From Eledone cirrhosa (lineage: Eukaryota): a stretch of DNA of 64,000 bases. The number at the start of each line of letters is the position of its first letter. The stretch's first letter is position 1. A model generated the notes under the pieces. It made no database searches. It had not been told where the DNA came from and saw nothing but the letters and a program-made list of their open reading frames with translations. Made by a program: the position numbers and the translations under genes. Where the stretch lies: the NCBI GenBank assembly GCA_964016885.1, contig OZ024740.1, positions 325,500,001 to 325,564,000 of the forward strand, written 5' to 3'. Shown one piece after another: positions 42,123 through 56,660 of this stretch.

Positions 42123-42409
42123 AAATGAAACAACGGTAAGCGCGCTAGCGATCTGATTGGTTGTCACGGAGTTGGCTATTTATGAAGATACCCCCGAAAA
42201 AACCCGTATCTCGGAATGTATTCCCATTTCAGGGGCAACTTCCTTTCAAAGTATTTTTCCATTATACACCGTTTTGGCTGTATTAAATTACAGACAATCA
42301 CACAATCACAGAGCTTTAGCAGTAAATAGATAGTAAATAGATAGTAAATAGATAGTAAATAGATAGTAAATAGATAGATAGATAGATTTTCTATAATCTC
42401 GGTTCCTCA

Positions 42410-42673
42410 CAATAATTTACTCAATAAGATATAGTTTGAACATATAAGTGAGCTAACTACATTCAGAGTACTAACAAAATGTATATTTGTAATGGAGCTG
42501 TTGCAGTATTGAAACGATTGTAATATGCCAATAAAGTTTATACTTATGCTGCAATTGTGACTTCAATTCTAATTAGTTTATTTACACTCTGTACAATCGT
42601 CTTAACTCTGGAATACAACCCGAACAAGAGACGGACTCCGTAACAGTATCGAGCGCTTCGAGCGACGCGCAGC
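42410..42673 (-). pseudogene. Domain IV S4-S5(-pore) exon remnant of channel relic A
   Basis: Acceptor ttacag, then [19 protein letters not shown] (cf. [20 protein letters not shown]); frameshifted INFIGILQSFQY..NIHFVSTLNVVSSL. Confidence 0.55.
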
Positions 42674-42712
42674 CTGTAACCGTAGTAACATAGTTAACAG
42701 ATAAATATATGA

Positions 42713-42858
<146 letters not shown>

Positions 42859-42945
42859 GTGTGTGTGTGTGTGTGTGTGTATGCATATAAAATAAATGTA
42901 TATATGTATATATATTTATCTATGTATTTATTTATATATGTATAC

Positions 42946-42998
<53 letters not shown>

Positions 42999-43550
42999 GG
43001 GAGAGAGAGAGAAAGAAAAGAGAGAAAGAAAGAAAGAAACAAACAAACAAACAAACAAACAAACAAACAAACAAACAAACAAACAAACAAACAAACAAAC
43101 AAACAAAGAAACAAAGAAAGAAAGAAAGAGGAGGTATAGCAAGAATGATACTAATACATGTATATACATATATACATGCATACACACACACAAAATATAA
43201 TACCTATAAACACACACATACGTACTTTTATAGAAATATCAACATTAAGCAGAGTTTCGATTGATAAATGAAGACAGAGATCAATAAATCAAGCAGATGT
43301 CCCATAGTATAATACAGTATATAGTATATGATATATACTATATATAATAGAATGCATATACTATATATCGGTGTTCGATGTTTTTTGTTCGTCTATGAGG
43401 TGAAAAGGAAGAGATATGATGACAACATGGCCGACCTCTTTATAATCAGACGAAAAAGAGGAGAGAATTGAAGTGGATTTGATTTATAGCTGTTTGAATA
43501 CTGGTAATATATGTAAATGTAAATGTACACACACATACATATGCACAGAT

Positions 43551-43583
<33 letters not shown>

Positions 43584-43741
43584 CTTATATATATAAATAT
43601 ATATATTTATACACACGCACATATATATATGTATGGATATATAGATCTATTACATCTATATATATGTATATATGGATATGTATGTGTGTTTATATATATA
43701 TAAGTAAATATATATATATGTGTATGTGTATATATATATAT

Positions 43742-43780
<39 letters not shown>

Positions 43781-43850
43781 ATATATATATATATATTTAT
43801 ATATATATTCTGTATATATATATAATATTATATATCTATATGTGTGTGTC

Positions 43851-43889
<39 letters not shown>

Positions 43890-44293
43890 AACAAACACAT
43901 ACACATAATATAATCATAGACACACAACACATAAATGTATGTGTTGTGTGTCTAAATATGAATCTATATATTTGTAACACAAAGCAACAACCGATAAACA
44001 ACAAGCGTTGGCGCGCGTGTGTATATATATGTGTATATATGTGTGTAAGTGAGTAAGATAATGCCAGGGATGTAGCTTATATTGTATTGCAGAATTGCAG
44101 TATTGTAGTATTAAAATTAATGAATCATATCACATTTATTATAAAACCCATTGTAGCAATAGCGACAGAAGCGTCACCCGTATTCCTATATTGCTCTTTA
44201 TCTAAACAAAACTGTTATTTAATTCTTTATTTAAAGTTATCTTATTCTGCGTTCTATTGTTATATATTATATATTATATATTATATATTACAT

Positions 44294-44339
<46 letters not shown>

Positions 44340-45018
44340 GTAGTTAAGCAAATCAAGTCCACAACCTCACATAGAATACATTAGTCGAAGAGTATCAACA
44401 TTAAGTGCAGTTTAATATAAAAAAGAGGATAAAATGTCAGTTTACAATTGCTTCACTACTCCATATAATGTTTCTGGATCAATCTATGGTAATATCGTTA
44501 TTGATTTGGTGCAGAGAAATATAATTAAACATAAAATAATATTATGGAGCAGCTCCTCGGAACTTGAAATTAGATAATGAAAATATTAACATGCATAAAG
44601 TAGAAATAAAAATAAAATAAAATAAGAGGGCTATGTGTCCTTAAATAATCGTCAGATTAGCAGCTCCCTAGATGGGGTCCCTTGGCACTGGAGAACTCAA
44701 GTGTATTTTATAAAGAGACATTACATATCTGCCGATGCTGAACGTAAACAATGCCGCCTATCGCACAACAAGATGGCTTCTTATAGGGAAATTACCTTAT
44801 TGTACAGAGATGGGTTTCAAGGGAGGTAACTCCTTGGGGAGCTAAAGGCGACAATGAGAGTTGTAACTAAGATAATGCAAGGGATGTAGCTTATAGGTAA
44901 AGTCATAGTGAGATATGTGACTAAGATAATGCAGGGAGGTAACTTATAGGTGTTAATGTGGTGGACTAAATATGTTTTAGTTTGTTAGTTATAGGGAGGA
45001 GTGTGATTAAATGATAGG

Positions 45019-47514
45019 CTAAGGTGGGTCGAATATTCTGTTAGCGAAGGAGCTCGCGCTGCGGTGGTGGCAGTTGATGACCAGCTCATTCCTGTCATTG
45101 ATGGGGGGTGGCCTTGACAGAGTTATGTGATAGGCCTCGGTGAGACAGAGATCGCAACAATATCTTCCCCGTTAAACGCTGGAGATCTAGCCAAGATAAC
45201 CCAAGTTAGTGAGTGTTCAATGTTGGCCAGTTTAAGGTTTTTAATGAGCCTAGCTAGAGAAGTAGAGCATCTATGGCCAGGATCGCGGAAGGAAAATGAG
45301 TGCGCGTTATAGCGAACCTTAAATGGGTTAGATGTAGAGCCAATATAGGAGCTAGTAGATGAGGCCGTTCTAACGATGCACCTATATACGATATTGGGCG
45401 TAAGGCACTGCCCGTTAAGCGGGCACGCAGTGGGGTTACGGCAGTTGCAATTAGGATTGCGATTAGTAGGAGCAGGGTTGTTTGAGCTGCGCTGCTGGTG
45501 TGTACTAATGGTATTGGAGGGGGGAATTCTGCTACTAGGATGAATATTGGTGTGGTTGCATGGTGTACTTATAGGGGGTGGTGGTGCCGGAAGGGAGGAG
45601 TTATATTTTTTTAGTTTATGATGGTTGCTAAATGTGATGTGGCTAGCTAAGTTTGGTGTGGTGGAGAAGGAGAGTTTAATATTGTTTTTATTAAAGAGTT
45701 TGTAATATCTATGGTTGGGGGGGTAGATAGGATGGAGAAGAAGCGTTTAGAGATGTTAGTAGCTAAATTAGATGAGGAAGGGGGGGTTAAGCCAGGTGAT
45801 TTTTCGAGGCCTGTTACTGCTGTGGGGTCTAGCAGAATTGGCAGGGGCATTAATAGGGTTATTATTGCCAAGGTGCTTGCTAATGGTCGGCCTATTATTC
45901 TTTTCCATTCTAGGATTGATTCTGAATCTGCTACTAGGAGTAAGAAGTAGGCCTCTGCCACTATTACGATTACTAGTATAGGTATTGGTGGGCCTAAATT
46001 TCCGGCATATCTGGCTATATGCTAATATGTTTCTAGTTCTAGTGTTAAAATAATTGGAGTTGTGGTGGAGTTCTGTGTATGGCCTTTAGGTATGTAGTAG
46101 ATAGATTGTGTATAACCATATTCAGAAAGGGCCTTATTATAATATGCTGCATCGGCATTAAATATCTCCTCATTGGCGGATAGCATGGAAATCCTATATG
46201 AGATAGAATTAATGACCGCTCTGATGACTGCCGGTGGGTGGTTAGAGTGCGGGCTAATATAAGTAAGTATCGCACCTGGCTTATGATAAGGGTAATATGA
46301 CTTGTTAGTAAGATCAAGGGTGACATCTAGGAAATTCACTACCTTATGGTTAGGTTCGATGGTAATAGATAGACCGTTATTTTTAAGAATCTATGTAGTT
46401 GTTTTTTGAGCAAGTCGATGCCGCGATTCGTGCAGTTGTGGACTGCAAATAGGGCGTCGTCCCTATATAATCCACCTTGCAAAATTGGGAGCTCAGCACT
46501 AATGTTATGTAAGAGGTAGATTCCAACTAAGTCTGTGACTTGCGCAGAATCGCTAGAGCCCATTGTGATATCAAAGTTATCCGTTCTGTCTTTTCTTGTC
46601 CAGAATGAGCCATTGAACTCAATAATGGTCTGCCTAGCCATAAGGATGATGTCAATCTCTTTATAAGTTATGTCTGACTTAGTGCGAGCTAGGGCTAATG
46701 CTTTGTTAAGCAGTGCCGGGGATATGGAAGCGTAGTAACTGTCAATGTCGAATTGGAGAAACCTCATCGAGTCTATGGATCCAAGATCTGAGAACCATCT
46801 AATGACCTGGCTGGTGTTAGACCACAGTTTATAGGTGATACCGCCTCGCATCCCAGGGATGATCCTATCGATAATGTTCTTGCTGATACGACCCAAGTCA
46901 GAGGTGGTTGGGCTAATAAGCCTAATAGAAGGATTCTCAATAAAGTTGGGCTTATGATCCTTGAGAGAGAATCTGGGTGTTGTGGGTACATATGGGTAGG
47001 TGAATTTGTCAAGATGTAAATCCTTAACCAAGGCCTGGGTTTTGCGGTTAAGTAAATTTACACTGGAGGGTTTAGTTTTTTTATAATTCTTATTAAGCTT
47101 CTTAAGGAGGAAAGAGTTGTAAGTTTCAGGAGGCATGGTATATAGATTTATCGGATATAACATGTATGAGGTGGCTATTTTTTAAGTGTTTGATGGTTGT
47201 TGCTAATTTTGCGAGGAAGTTATTATTATGCCGATTCTTCTTATTATTGAATTTAATGCTCCTGATGAGATTAAAGAGGTCCTTCTCGAATGGGTCCAGC
47301 AGGATGTTATGTGGTGGGTTCTTGCATGTGGTAAATCCATATCTATCGACAGAATTTCCGGTGTCAGTGGATGGTACTCTGTCAAAGTGGAAAGCCTTCC
47401 ATCGTACCCTCCGATAAGTGAATTGATACTCTGTATTAGGAGTTTGAGGTAGGTCTTTTTGTCCGGGATGGGAATGGACTTAGGTGAGAACCTGAGTTCT
47501 TGTTTGGTCAACAT
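45019..47514 (-). pseudogene. Frameshifted PLE polyprotein (RT, thumb, GIY-YIG)
   Basis: FSPKSIPIP; KDHKPNF; QFDIDSYYASI; FDITMGSSDSAQVTDLVG; GLYRDD; NFLDVTLDL; SNHPP; ITWLNPP; CNCRNPTACPLNGQC; IVY..YIG; CDLCLTE. Several frameshifts; stop at 45019-45021. Confidence 0.95.
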
Positions 47515-47826
47515 GGTGGCTTCTAATTTTTAATAGCTCAACATTGGGAGCTCAGTTCAAGAGAAAACCAATCTTAAATATAGAGATATTGATAGGATAG
47601 GAGAGATTGGTGAAGGTATTAGAAACCAAAGCTTAGAAGCGGGTGCTCGATGTGCAATATGCAGTGGAAAGCAGTTGGAAAAACTGGGTTCATGCGGAGA
47701 TTAGGTGTACAGAGCTGGAAATCTTCAGTAGTTAAGCAAATCAAGACCACAAGCTCACATAGAAGACATTAGTCGAAGAGTATCAACATTAAGTGCAGTT
47801 TATTATAAAAAAGAGGATAAAATGTC

Positions 47827-47951
47827 AGTTTACAATTGTTTCACTACTCCATATAATGTTTCTGGATCAATCGATGGTAATATCGTTATTGATTTGGTGC
47901 AGAGAAATATAATTAACATAAAATAATATTATGGAGCAGCTCCTCGGAACT
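47827..47951 (-). ncRNA. HHR with CCGAGGA core and large stem II insertion (second copy 44439-44564, GAAA changed to GAAG)
   Basis: AGTT-CCGAGGA-GCTGCTCCATA-[about 76 nt]-TATGGAGTAGT-GAAAC-AATT-GTA-AACT. Confidence 0.75.
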
Positions 47952-48317
47952 TGAAATTAGATAATGAAAATATTAATATGCATAAAGTACAAATAAAAAT
48001 AAAATAAAATAAGAGGGTTACGTGTCCGTAAATAATCGTCAGATTAGCAGGTCCCTAGATGGGGTCCCTTGGTACTGGAGAACTCAAGTGTATGGTATAA
48101 AGAGAAATTATATATCTGTCGAGGCTGAACGTAAACAATGCCGCCTATCACACTCCAGTTCTGTACACCTAACCTCCGCATGAATCCAGTTTTCCAACTG
48201 CTTTCCACTGCATATTGCACATCGAGCACCCGCTTCTAAGCTTTGGCTTCTAATACCTTCACCAATTTCTCCTATCCTATCAATATCTCTCTATTTAAGA
48301 TTGGTTTACTCTTGAAC

Positions 48318-48420
<103 letters not shown>

Positions 48421-48642
48421 ATATATATTATATATATGTATATATATCATACTATGTATATATTATATTATATATATATATAATATATAATATATATATA
48501 TATATGCTATACACTATATATATATCATATATTATATATTATATATATTATATATATTATATATACCGCATGATAACTGACACATTTAATATATGTGCAA
48601 ATTGACAGAATCATTTCAACTATTAATTATTTCTAATTATTT

Positions 48643-48690
<48 letters not shown>

Positions 48691-48991
48691 TGCCAGTAAA
48701 GTGTAAATTTTATATTCTGCGTAGAAAAGTGGTAGTGACTTCGAAGTGTCAGCTTGGTCGCTTCATCTGGCTTCCAGATGAAGCATTCTAGCTAAAATGT
48801 CAAAGTTACTGCCGTTTGTCAATTATTATTTAAATGTTTTGAATACTACGGTATTTTGAACAAATGTTCTCATATATATTATATATATGTAAAAGTTAAA
48901 CAGAAATAACAACACAATCGGTACAGTATATGGAAGGTATATATTAGGTTAACGCTTGATATAGCAGGAAGAGGGTATATACATATATATA

Positions 48992-49081
<90 letters not shown>

Positions 49082-49088
<7 letters not shown>

Positions 49089-49654
49089 GAGTTCCACTGA
49101 AGACGGTTGAGACGTTCAATTATCTCGGAGCTGTGTTCGCGAGTGATGGAAGACAGGAGGCTGAATTAAGTGCAAGAATTGCAGGAGCTGGTGCAGTAAT
49201 GCATCAACTTCAACATTCGGTAATTAGAAGAAGCGGGTAGGTGTAAAAGCCAAACTCGCTATCTTCAATTCGGCATTCGTGCTAACCCTTACATATGGTC
49301 ATGAATCTTGGGTAATGACCATAAGAATACGATCGCAAATACAAGCGACTGAAATGGGGTTCCTTCGAAGGGTCTTTGGAGTAGCGTTACTTAATAGAGT
49401 GCATTGCTCATGGATCAGAGTTTCGCTCCAAGTAGAGCCACTACAACTCCCAATTGAAAAATCACAGGTCCAACATTATGAGCAGGAAAGAATCGCTGGA
49501 CAGATTTTACGGGCAAAATCTACCCGCCGAAGCCCCAGGGGTAGACCCCGTGCAAGATGATTGGATAACATCATGAGCTTGGATGGTCTCGCTTGGGGAT
49601 TCAGCTGGATCAGTTTGCAAGGGCTACTTCTGACAGGACCCACTGGAAGGGGTG
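49082..49654 (+). mobile_element. Rex3/Expander-like RTE LINE 3' fragment
   Basis: VETFNYLGAVFASDGRQEAELSARI..LTYGHESWVMTIRIRSQIQATEMGFLRRV..PRGRPRAR. Confidence 0.9.
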
Positions 49655-50095
49655 TATTTGCTGACAATTGTTTCTTCCAGAGGGGTGTCTGGATCATCGG
49701 AGCATAAGGAATGTCTAAATAGGTGATTAAAATCCTAGTCTTCAGAACATTTAGGTAGATACATAAGTGTTGTTAGTGTCCTAGACATCATGTAGAAGAT
49801 CGGGAATTAGAAGAATGTTATGCTTCAGAGAAGGAGCACTGGTGGAAAGTGCAAGAGGTACAAGCAAAAATTACAAGCAAAAAATGTTACAAGCAAAGAA
49901 AAATGTAAGATAGGATAGACATAAGATATCATAACATTGGAACTCCCGATCTTCTACATGATGTCTAAGACACTAACAACACTTATGTATCTACCTAAAT
50001 GTTCTGAAGACTAGGATTTTAATCACCTGTTTAGACATTCCTTATGCTCCGATGATTTCAAACATCCCTCTGGAAGAAACAATTGTCAGCAAATA
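49655..50095. mobile_element. Palindromic PLE remnant with an HHR in each arm
   Basis: Arms 49655-49805 / 49944-50095. Two-arm consensus TGCT-CCGATGA-TTCCAGA-cacccc-TCTGGAA-GAAAC-AATT-GTC-AGCA then AATAAA (plus copy 50045-50091). Confidence 0.85.
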
Positions 50096-50268
50096 AATGT
50101 ATTAAACTTAGATTTGATTGTTCTAACATTTTAACATTTTGTATCTCGGCTCTGTAAAACAATTTGCATTGAGCCTTTTGTCATACTGGTAACTGGCTAG
50201 TACTTAGTACTACTCTCCATATTTATAATTGTATATTAAACATATATAAGTATAAATATTGTTATTAT

Positions 50269-50348
<80 letters not shown>

Positions 50349-50428
50349 ATACATATACATGTGTGTGCGTTTGGTGTGTGCGTATATATATATTTGTGTG
50401 TGTGTGTGTGTGTGCGTTTGGTGTGTGC

Positions 50429-50536
50429 ATCCCTCGGGCCCTGCGACGCCTGAGGCCCTCACTAATTTGTCAGTGCAAAGACCTCAAAAGTGACACCTAT
50501 ATAAGGTCTGCAATAATTACAAACACCAGACTGTAA
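50429..50536 (+). pseudogene. S4-like channel fragment on the opposite strand
   Basis: IPRALRRLRPSLICQCKDLK (cf. [20 protein letters not shown]). Confidence 0.3.
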
Positions 50537-50784
50537 ATGTTTGTTTTTATTTCCATATATAATTTTCCTATACCCACAAAACATAACAAATAACAGGTGA
50601 TGTGTCTGTGTGTCTAGGACAGTCTCCTAAGGGCCTCCTCGAAGGGATGTGACCCTCGGGGTCCCCACAAAGGGCGTGATCTATGTTGTCTTACATATAG
50701 CAGTAAATAGTAACATAATGCAGATTTATTTGCAAATGTATTTATATACTGTATGTATGTATTTGTGTCTGTATGCATAAAGAT

Positions 50785-50922
<138 letters not shown>

Positions 50923-51168
50923 CATATACACAGACACAGACACACACGCACACAAACACACACACAAACACATACACACACACACACATATATATATATA
51001 TATGTACACACACATACATACCTATACATATATATAGAGATAAACATCTAAATTAATGATTTACAGACGTATATCTACGTACTCACACATATGCACACTC
51101 ATGCACATACACACACACACATACACACACATGCACACACGAACACACACATACGAAAAATCACACAC

Positions 51169-51199
<31 letters not shown>

Positions 51200-51416
51200 C
51201 TTGTATACATGTATGCGTTATCATATATATATATAATATGAGTCCTGGGTTCAATTGTGGGTAACCACAGTTAATAAGATACTCAATACATTAGTAGAGT
51301 GTAAATATCAAATTTAATAATTTATTTTGAATGAAACAGTTCTAGTCCTATAGAAGCCATTTCTATATTAAAACTTGATAGTGTTGTTATTTCCGTTTAC
51401 CTTTTACATACATAGA

Positions 51417-51482
<66 letters not shown>

Positions 51483-51589
51483 AAGGGGTATTTAATTTGT
51501 TGGTAATTCAACAAATATATATATTTATAACTGATTCGAAGCACTCGACAGATTTTCTGGTGCATAATATCAATCATATTAATAAATGC

Positions 51590-51903
51590 AAACTATATTT
51601 ATAAAACCATATTTATTCTATTATATATATTTCAAGGGTATCAAAACTTTAGTACGCTCTCATCAGATAAAATACAAAGTTTGTTTTATAAATATTGACA
51701 TATCCAGGAACGAGATCTTAACGGTTCAAGTTTTTCCTGGATAAACTTGAACCGTTAAGATCTCGTTCCCGTTAAGATCTCGTTCCTGGATATGTCAATA
51801 TTTATAAAACAAACTTTGTATTTTATCTGATGAGAGCGTACTAAAGTTTTGTTACCCTTGAAATATATATAATAGAATAAATATGGTTTTATAAATATAG
51901 TTT
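51590..51903. mobile_element. Palindromic PLE remnant with HHR
   Basis: Inverted arms; TTTAT-CTGATGA-GAG..CTT-GAAA-TATATATA-ATAGA (51822-51876); 17-bp duplication near the centre. Confidence 0.8.
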
Positions 51904-51918
51904 CAATTTATTGATATC

Positions 51919-51967
<49 letters not shown>

Positions 51968-52052
51968 AAAGTTTTATTTAAGATTGTTGGGTTACAACGA
52001 GTAAATATTTTATAACTGATATAAAAGCACTCAACAGTTTCTGGGGTAGGTT

Positions 52053-54039
52053 TACGATATTAAACAAATGGAAACTATATTTATAAAACCATATTTATTT
52101 CGTTATATATATTTCTGGGATATCATATTAAAAATATGGTATGCCTTCCTCAGACAAAATACAATACATAAGCTGTTTTATAAATAATTAGTGACATACC
52201 TTGTAATAATGCAACTTCCATTTAAAAAGTTGATTTGGTAGTGAAACTGTTATGACAGTTATATAGAAAGAAAAACGAAGATGAGAAGAAGAAGATGAAG
52301 AGATGTATGTAAATAAAAAAAAAGAAGAAGATGAAGAGATGTATGTAAAGAAAAACAACGGAGCGAGATAGAGAGACAAGGAGATATGGGAGAGAGAAAT
52401 ACATTGAGGAGGTGAAAAAATATAGTAGGCTGCTTTGGACAGATGATCATCGTATATGTGAGAGGTTAAAGGAAGGGATACAGTTAAACTAGTGTATAGG
52501 AGAAAAAGAAAGAAAGATGATATATTTAAAATATATTAAAAATATATTATGTCTCATCCATTTGAATTATCAATATCTCAGATTTTGCTTATAGACCTAA
52601 GAATTTTTAAACTGAGCATGTGGTCATTTTTTCACACATTATGGATATGTGTCTCATTCATGAATACCGATATTTAAATTATAATACCTAATTCATAAAA
52701 ATTGATAATTCAAATGGATGAGACATAATATATTTTTAATATATTTTAAATATATCATCTTTCTTTCTTTTTCTCCTATACACTAGTTTAACTGTATCCC
52801 TTCCTTTAACCTCTCACATATACGATGATCATCTGTCCAAAGGCAGCCTACTATATTTTTTCACCTCCTCAATGTATTTCTCTCTCCCATATCTCCTTGT
52901 CTCTCTATCTCGCTCCGTTGTTTTTCTTTACATACATCTCTTCATCTTCTTCTTTTTTTTTTTATTTACATACATCTCTTCATCTTCTTCTTCTCATCTT
53001 CGTTTTTCTTTCTATATAACTGTCATAACAGTTTCACTACCAAATCAACTTTTTAAATGGAAGTTGCATTATTACAAGGTATGTCACTAATCTATATATA
53101 TAAAACTGTGGTTGTCTGTCTGTCTATCGATTTTTGGCACACATCTCCTCTTAGAATCTCTCACGGAATTGCACCGAAATTGCTATACTTGTACATTGAG
53201 CCCTAGCGAAGACATCGGAAAAAAAAATTTCAAATTGACCCACCCTATGTGACGAAATCGAATATAATGTATCGATTTTTGAGCGTAAGTTATCAGTTAT
53301 TTCCCTTTGTTCTGTTTACATTGAGCGTCTTACGTAAAAAATTACGCTGGCTTTCTCAGCGTTTAAAATGACATTAACACAATACACGAACAGTTGTCGA
53401 GCCAGCAAAATATTGACCTGCAAAATTCATCAGTTCGAACACTAAGCTTCCGTTTTGCTTCATTTCCATTTAAAAGCATTTTAAAACAATATTTTTACTT
53501 GAAAACAAGTCTATTTAAAGACTACGTAAAACAAGCAAATATTTCAGGCGTGCAGACAGACAGTCGTGCAGAGAGGTGATATAGGCGTGCAGACAGACAT
53601 AACTGATAATTTGGTTACGCTAATGTTTTTCTCTGCGTTGCAGTGTTTACATTTTCGATCTTTGTTAATAAATAACCAGTGCAGTTTTTATCCCCAGCAT
53701 CCTCTTTTGTTATAACATTCGGGTTATCGTTATGTTTTCTTAACTTCATAAGGCATATTGTTGGTTGAGGGAATATTAATCAAAAACACCACATGCAAGT
53801 CTGCACAGTAGACACTACAGTTTTTAAGCCAAAAACGAAACTTAACATTGTAACTTTAACACAGCTACTGAGCGACCCCGAGCAACGCCGGGCTTTACTG
53901 GTAGTTATTTATAAAACAGCTTATGTATTGTATTTTGTCTGAGGAGGGCATACCATATTTTTAATATGATATCCCAGAAATATATATAACGAAATAAATA
54001 TGGTTTTATAAATATAGTTTCCATTTGTTTAATATCGTA
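52053..54039. mobile_element. Large palindromic PLE remnant (about 520-bp arms), right arm split by a Helitron
   Basis: 52053-52574 mirrors 52701-53090 plus 53905-54039. HHR 53933-53994: TTTTGT-CTGAGGA-GGG..CCC-a-GAAA-TATATATA-ACGAAA. Confidence 0.85.
53091..53904 (+). mobile_element. Non-autonomous Helitron (814 bp)
   Basis: 5' TCTATATATATAAA; 3' hairpin cccgagcaacgccggg; ends GTAG (CTAG expected); inserted between A and T with no TSD. Confidence 0.85.
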
Positions 54040-54109
54040 TATATATATATATATATATATTTCAATTTATTGATATCATTTATATATATATATATATTTC
54101 AATTTATTG

Positions 54110-54165
<56 letters not shown>

Positions 54166-54168
<3 letters not shown>

Positions 54169-54349
54169 ATTGGCAGTATCGGTAGAGGGTCGGACGCCAT
54201 GCTTTCCAGCATAGTTACGTCCCTTTACGATCTGAGTTCAAATCCTGCCGAGGTTGACTTTGCCTTTCATCCTTACGGGGTCGATAAAATAAAGTACCAG
54301 TAATGCACTGGCTAATTGCTGGCCTTGTGCCTAAAGTAGAAACAATTAT
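54166..54349 (+). mobile_element. Family A SINE
   Basis: Consensus match; similar copies at 40066-40249(+), 40880-40990(-) and 60540-60660(+). Confidence 0.85.
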
Positions 54350-54360
54350 ATATATATATA

Positions 54361-54487
54361 AGTAGTTCCACAACAGTTAGTTCACCATACCGAGAAAAAA
54401 TGTTTCACCTTACGTGGTTCCTCGCTCGGTCCGCATAAGGTGAAACATTTGTCCTCGATATGGTGAACTAACTGTTGTGGAACTACT
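54361..54487. mobile_element. Short palindromic PLE-like remnant with HHR 3' half
   Basis: Inverted arms agtagttccacaacagttagttcaccat; ataaggt-GAAAC-ATTT-GTC-ctcg. Confidence 0.65.
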
Positions 54488-54736
54488 TCTACCTAGCTCG
54501 TCACATGGACTGAGTGCTCTACTACTACGGATATAACCCTCCAGTGTTTTACTATTATATATATATATATATATATAGTGAAAATGTGTTGTGTAATTGC
54601 TTGCAGCCAATAATACAATTTTATTGCTAATTCCTGCTTGAAAATGTCAAACTTAACTCTAGACTAGCTTTGTCTTATCTCCAGGAATTCTATGTTGCAA
54701 TTATTGAGACTTTTGGAATCGTTGCGACATGCTGTT

Positions 54737-54802
<66 letters not shown>

Positions 54803-54819
54803 CACACACACACACACAA

Positions 54820-54897
<78 letters not shown>

Positions 54898-54914
54898 CCA
54901 TACACACACACACA

Positions 54915-54974
<60 letters not shown>

Positions 54975-55367
54975 TCCAGATATTCTCTCTCTCTCACACA
55001 GAGACACTCACACACACACAAACAGACTCTCTCACATACTCTCTTCCCTCTGTCTCTCTCTCACACACACACAAACAGACTCTCTCACATACTCTCTTCC
55101 CTCTGTCTCTCTCTCACACACACACAAACAGACTCTCTCACATACTCTCTTCCCTCTTTCTCTCTCTCACACACACACAAACACACACACACTCTCTCTC
55201 ACACACACACACTCTCTCTCACACACACACACACACAACCCCCCCCCACACACACACACACACATACACACACGCGCGCAAACACACACTCTCTCTCTTC
55301 CTCACACACACACACACACACCGACACGCTCACACATACATACCTTTTTGAGAAATGGTTTCTTGCT

Positions 55368-55464
55368 GTGTTGTTGTTGTTGATGTTGATGTTGTTGCTG
55401 TTGTTGTTGTTGATGGTGTTGTTGTTGTTGTTATTGTTGTTGTTGTTGTTGTTGATTATGTTGT

Positions 55465-55505
<41 letters not shown>

Positions 55506-55598
55506 GTGTTGTTGGTGTTGTTGTTGTTGTTGTTGTTGTCGTTGTTGTTGTTGATGTTGTTGTTGTTGATGATGCTGTTGTTGCTATTGTTGTTGTTC

Positions 55599-55664
<66 letters not shown>

Positions 55665-55665
55665 C

Positions 55666-55699
<34 letters not shown>

Positions 55700-55732
55700 C
55701 ATGTTGTTGTTGTTGTTGATGCTGCTGTTGTT

Positions 55733-55787
<55 letters not shown>

Positions 55788-56111
55788 CTGCTGCTGTTGT
55801 TGTTGCTGTTGTTGTTGTTGTTGTTGTTGTTGTTGATGCTGCTGCTGTTGTTGTTGCTGTTGTTGTTGCTGTTGTTGTTGTTGTTGGTGGTGGTGGTAAT
55901 GTTAATGAAGCCGTTGTTGTTGTTATTGATGCTGTTGTTGTTGTTGTTATTGATGTTGTTGTTGTTACTATTGGTAATGTTACTGAAGTTGTTGTTGTTA
56001 TTGATGTTGTTACTGTTGTTAAATATTTTTGGGACGTCAAATCGTTTATGTTATTAATGCTGCTGGTGATGATGCTGTTGCTGTTGGTGAGGTTGTCGTT
56101 GTTGGCGTTGA

Positions 56112-56180
<69 letters not shown>
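55368..56180. repeat. Long imperfect (GTT)n array, preceded by (CA)n/(CT)n at 54740-55340
   Basis: Direct reading of the sequence. Confidence 0.95.
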
Positions 56181-56660
56181 AGATGATTTATTCCAAAGAA
56201 ATAAATGGGATATATAATGAGCTTTAGTTTAATGTTGTTTAAGGAGGATATCACATTAGTGTAGAGTGGTATAGCATCGCCTGGAATATCACATTAATGT
56301 AAGTGTGGTATAGCATAGTGTAGGATATCATGCAGAGTATTATAGAGTATTGTGGGTTATTATGTAGAGATGTATAATAGGATATCATGTAGTATGACAT
56401 GGATTAGTGTGCGATATCCTGCCTAGTATTATATATACGTAAATAAGCCTGCTATTGATCCAACCAGTCTACTCACCATCAATGGCAGTCGATCGACTTT
56501 CGTCAAATCGAACCGAGGAAACAATGTTTCCATTGGTCTTTCCAATTGCTAATACTATCTAATTACCTTAAATATACTACATATACATACATTATATCCC
56601 GGTCGGGATTTTACATATCTCTACATCCACCCTGCATCTCCCCATGTATCGAGTACTCAC

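Noticed and set aside
45711-45950. Plus-strand ORFs within the Naiad element
   Set aside because: Antisense shadows of the PLE coding region.
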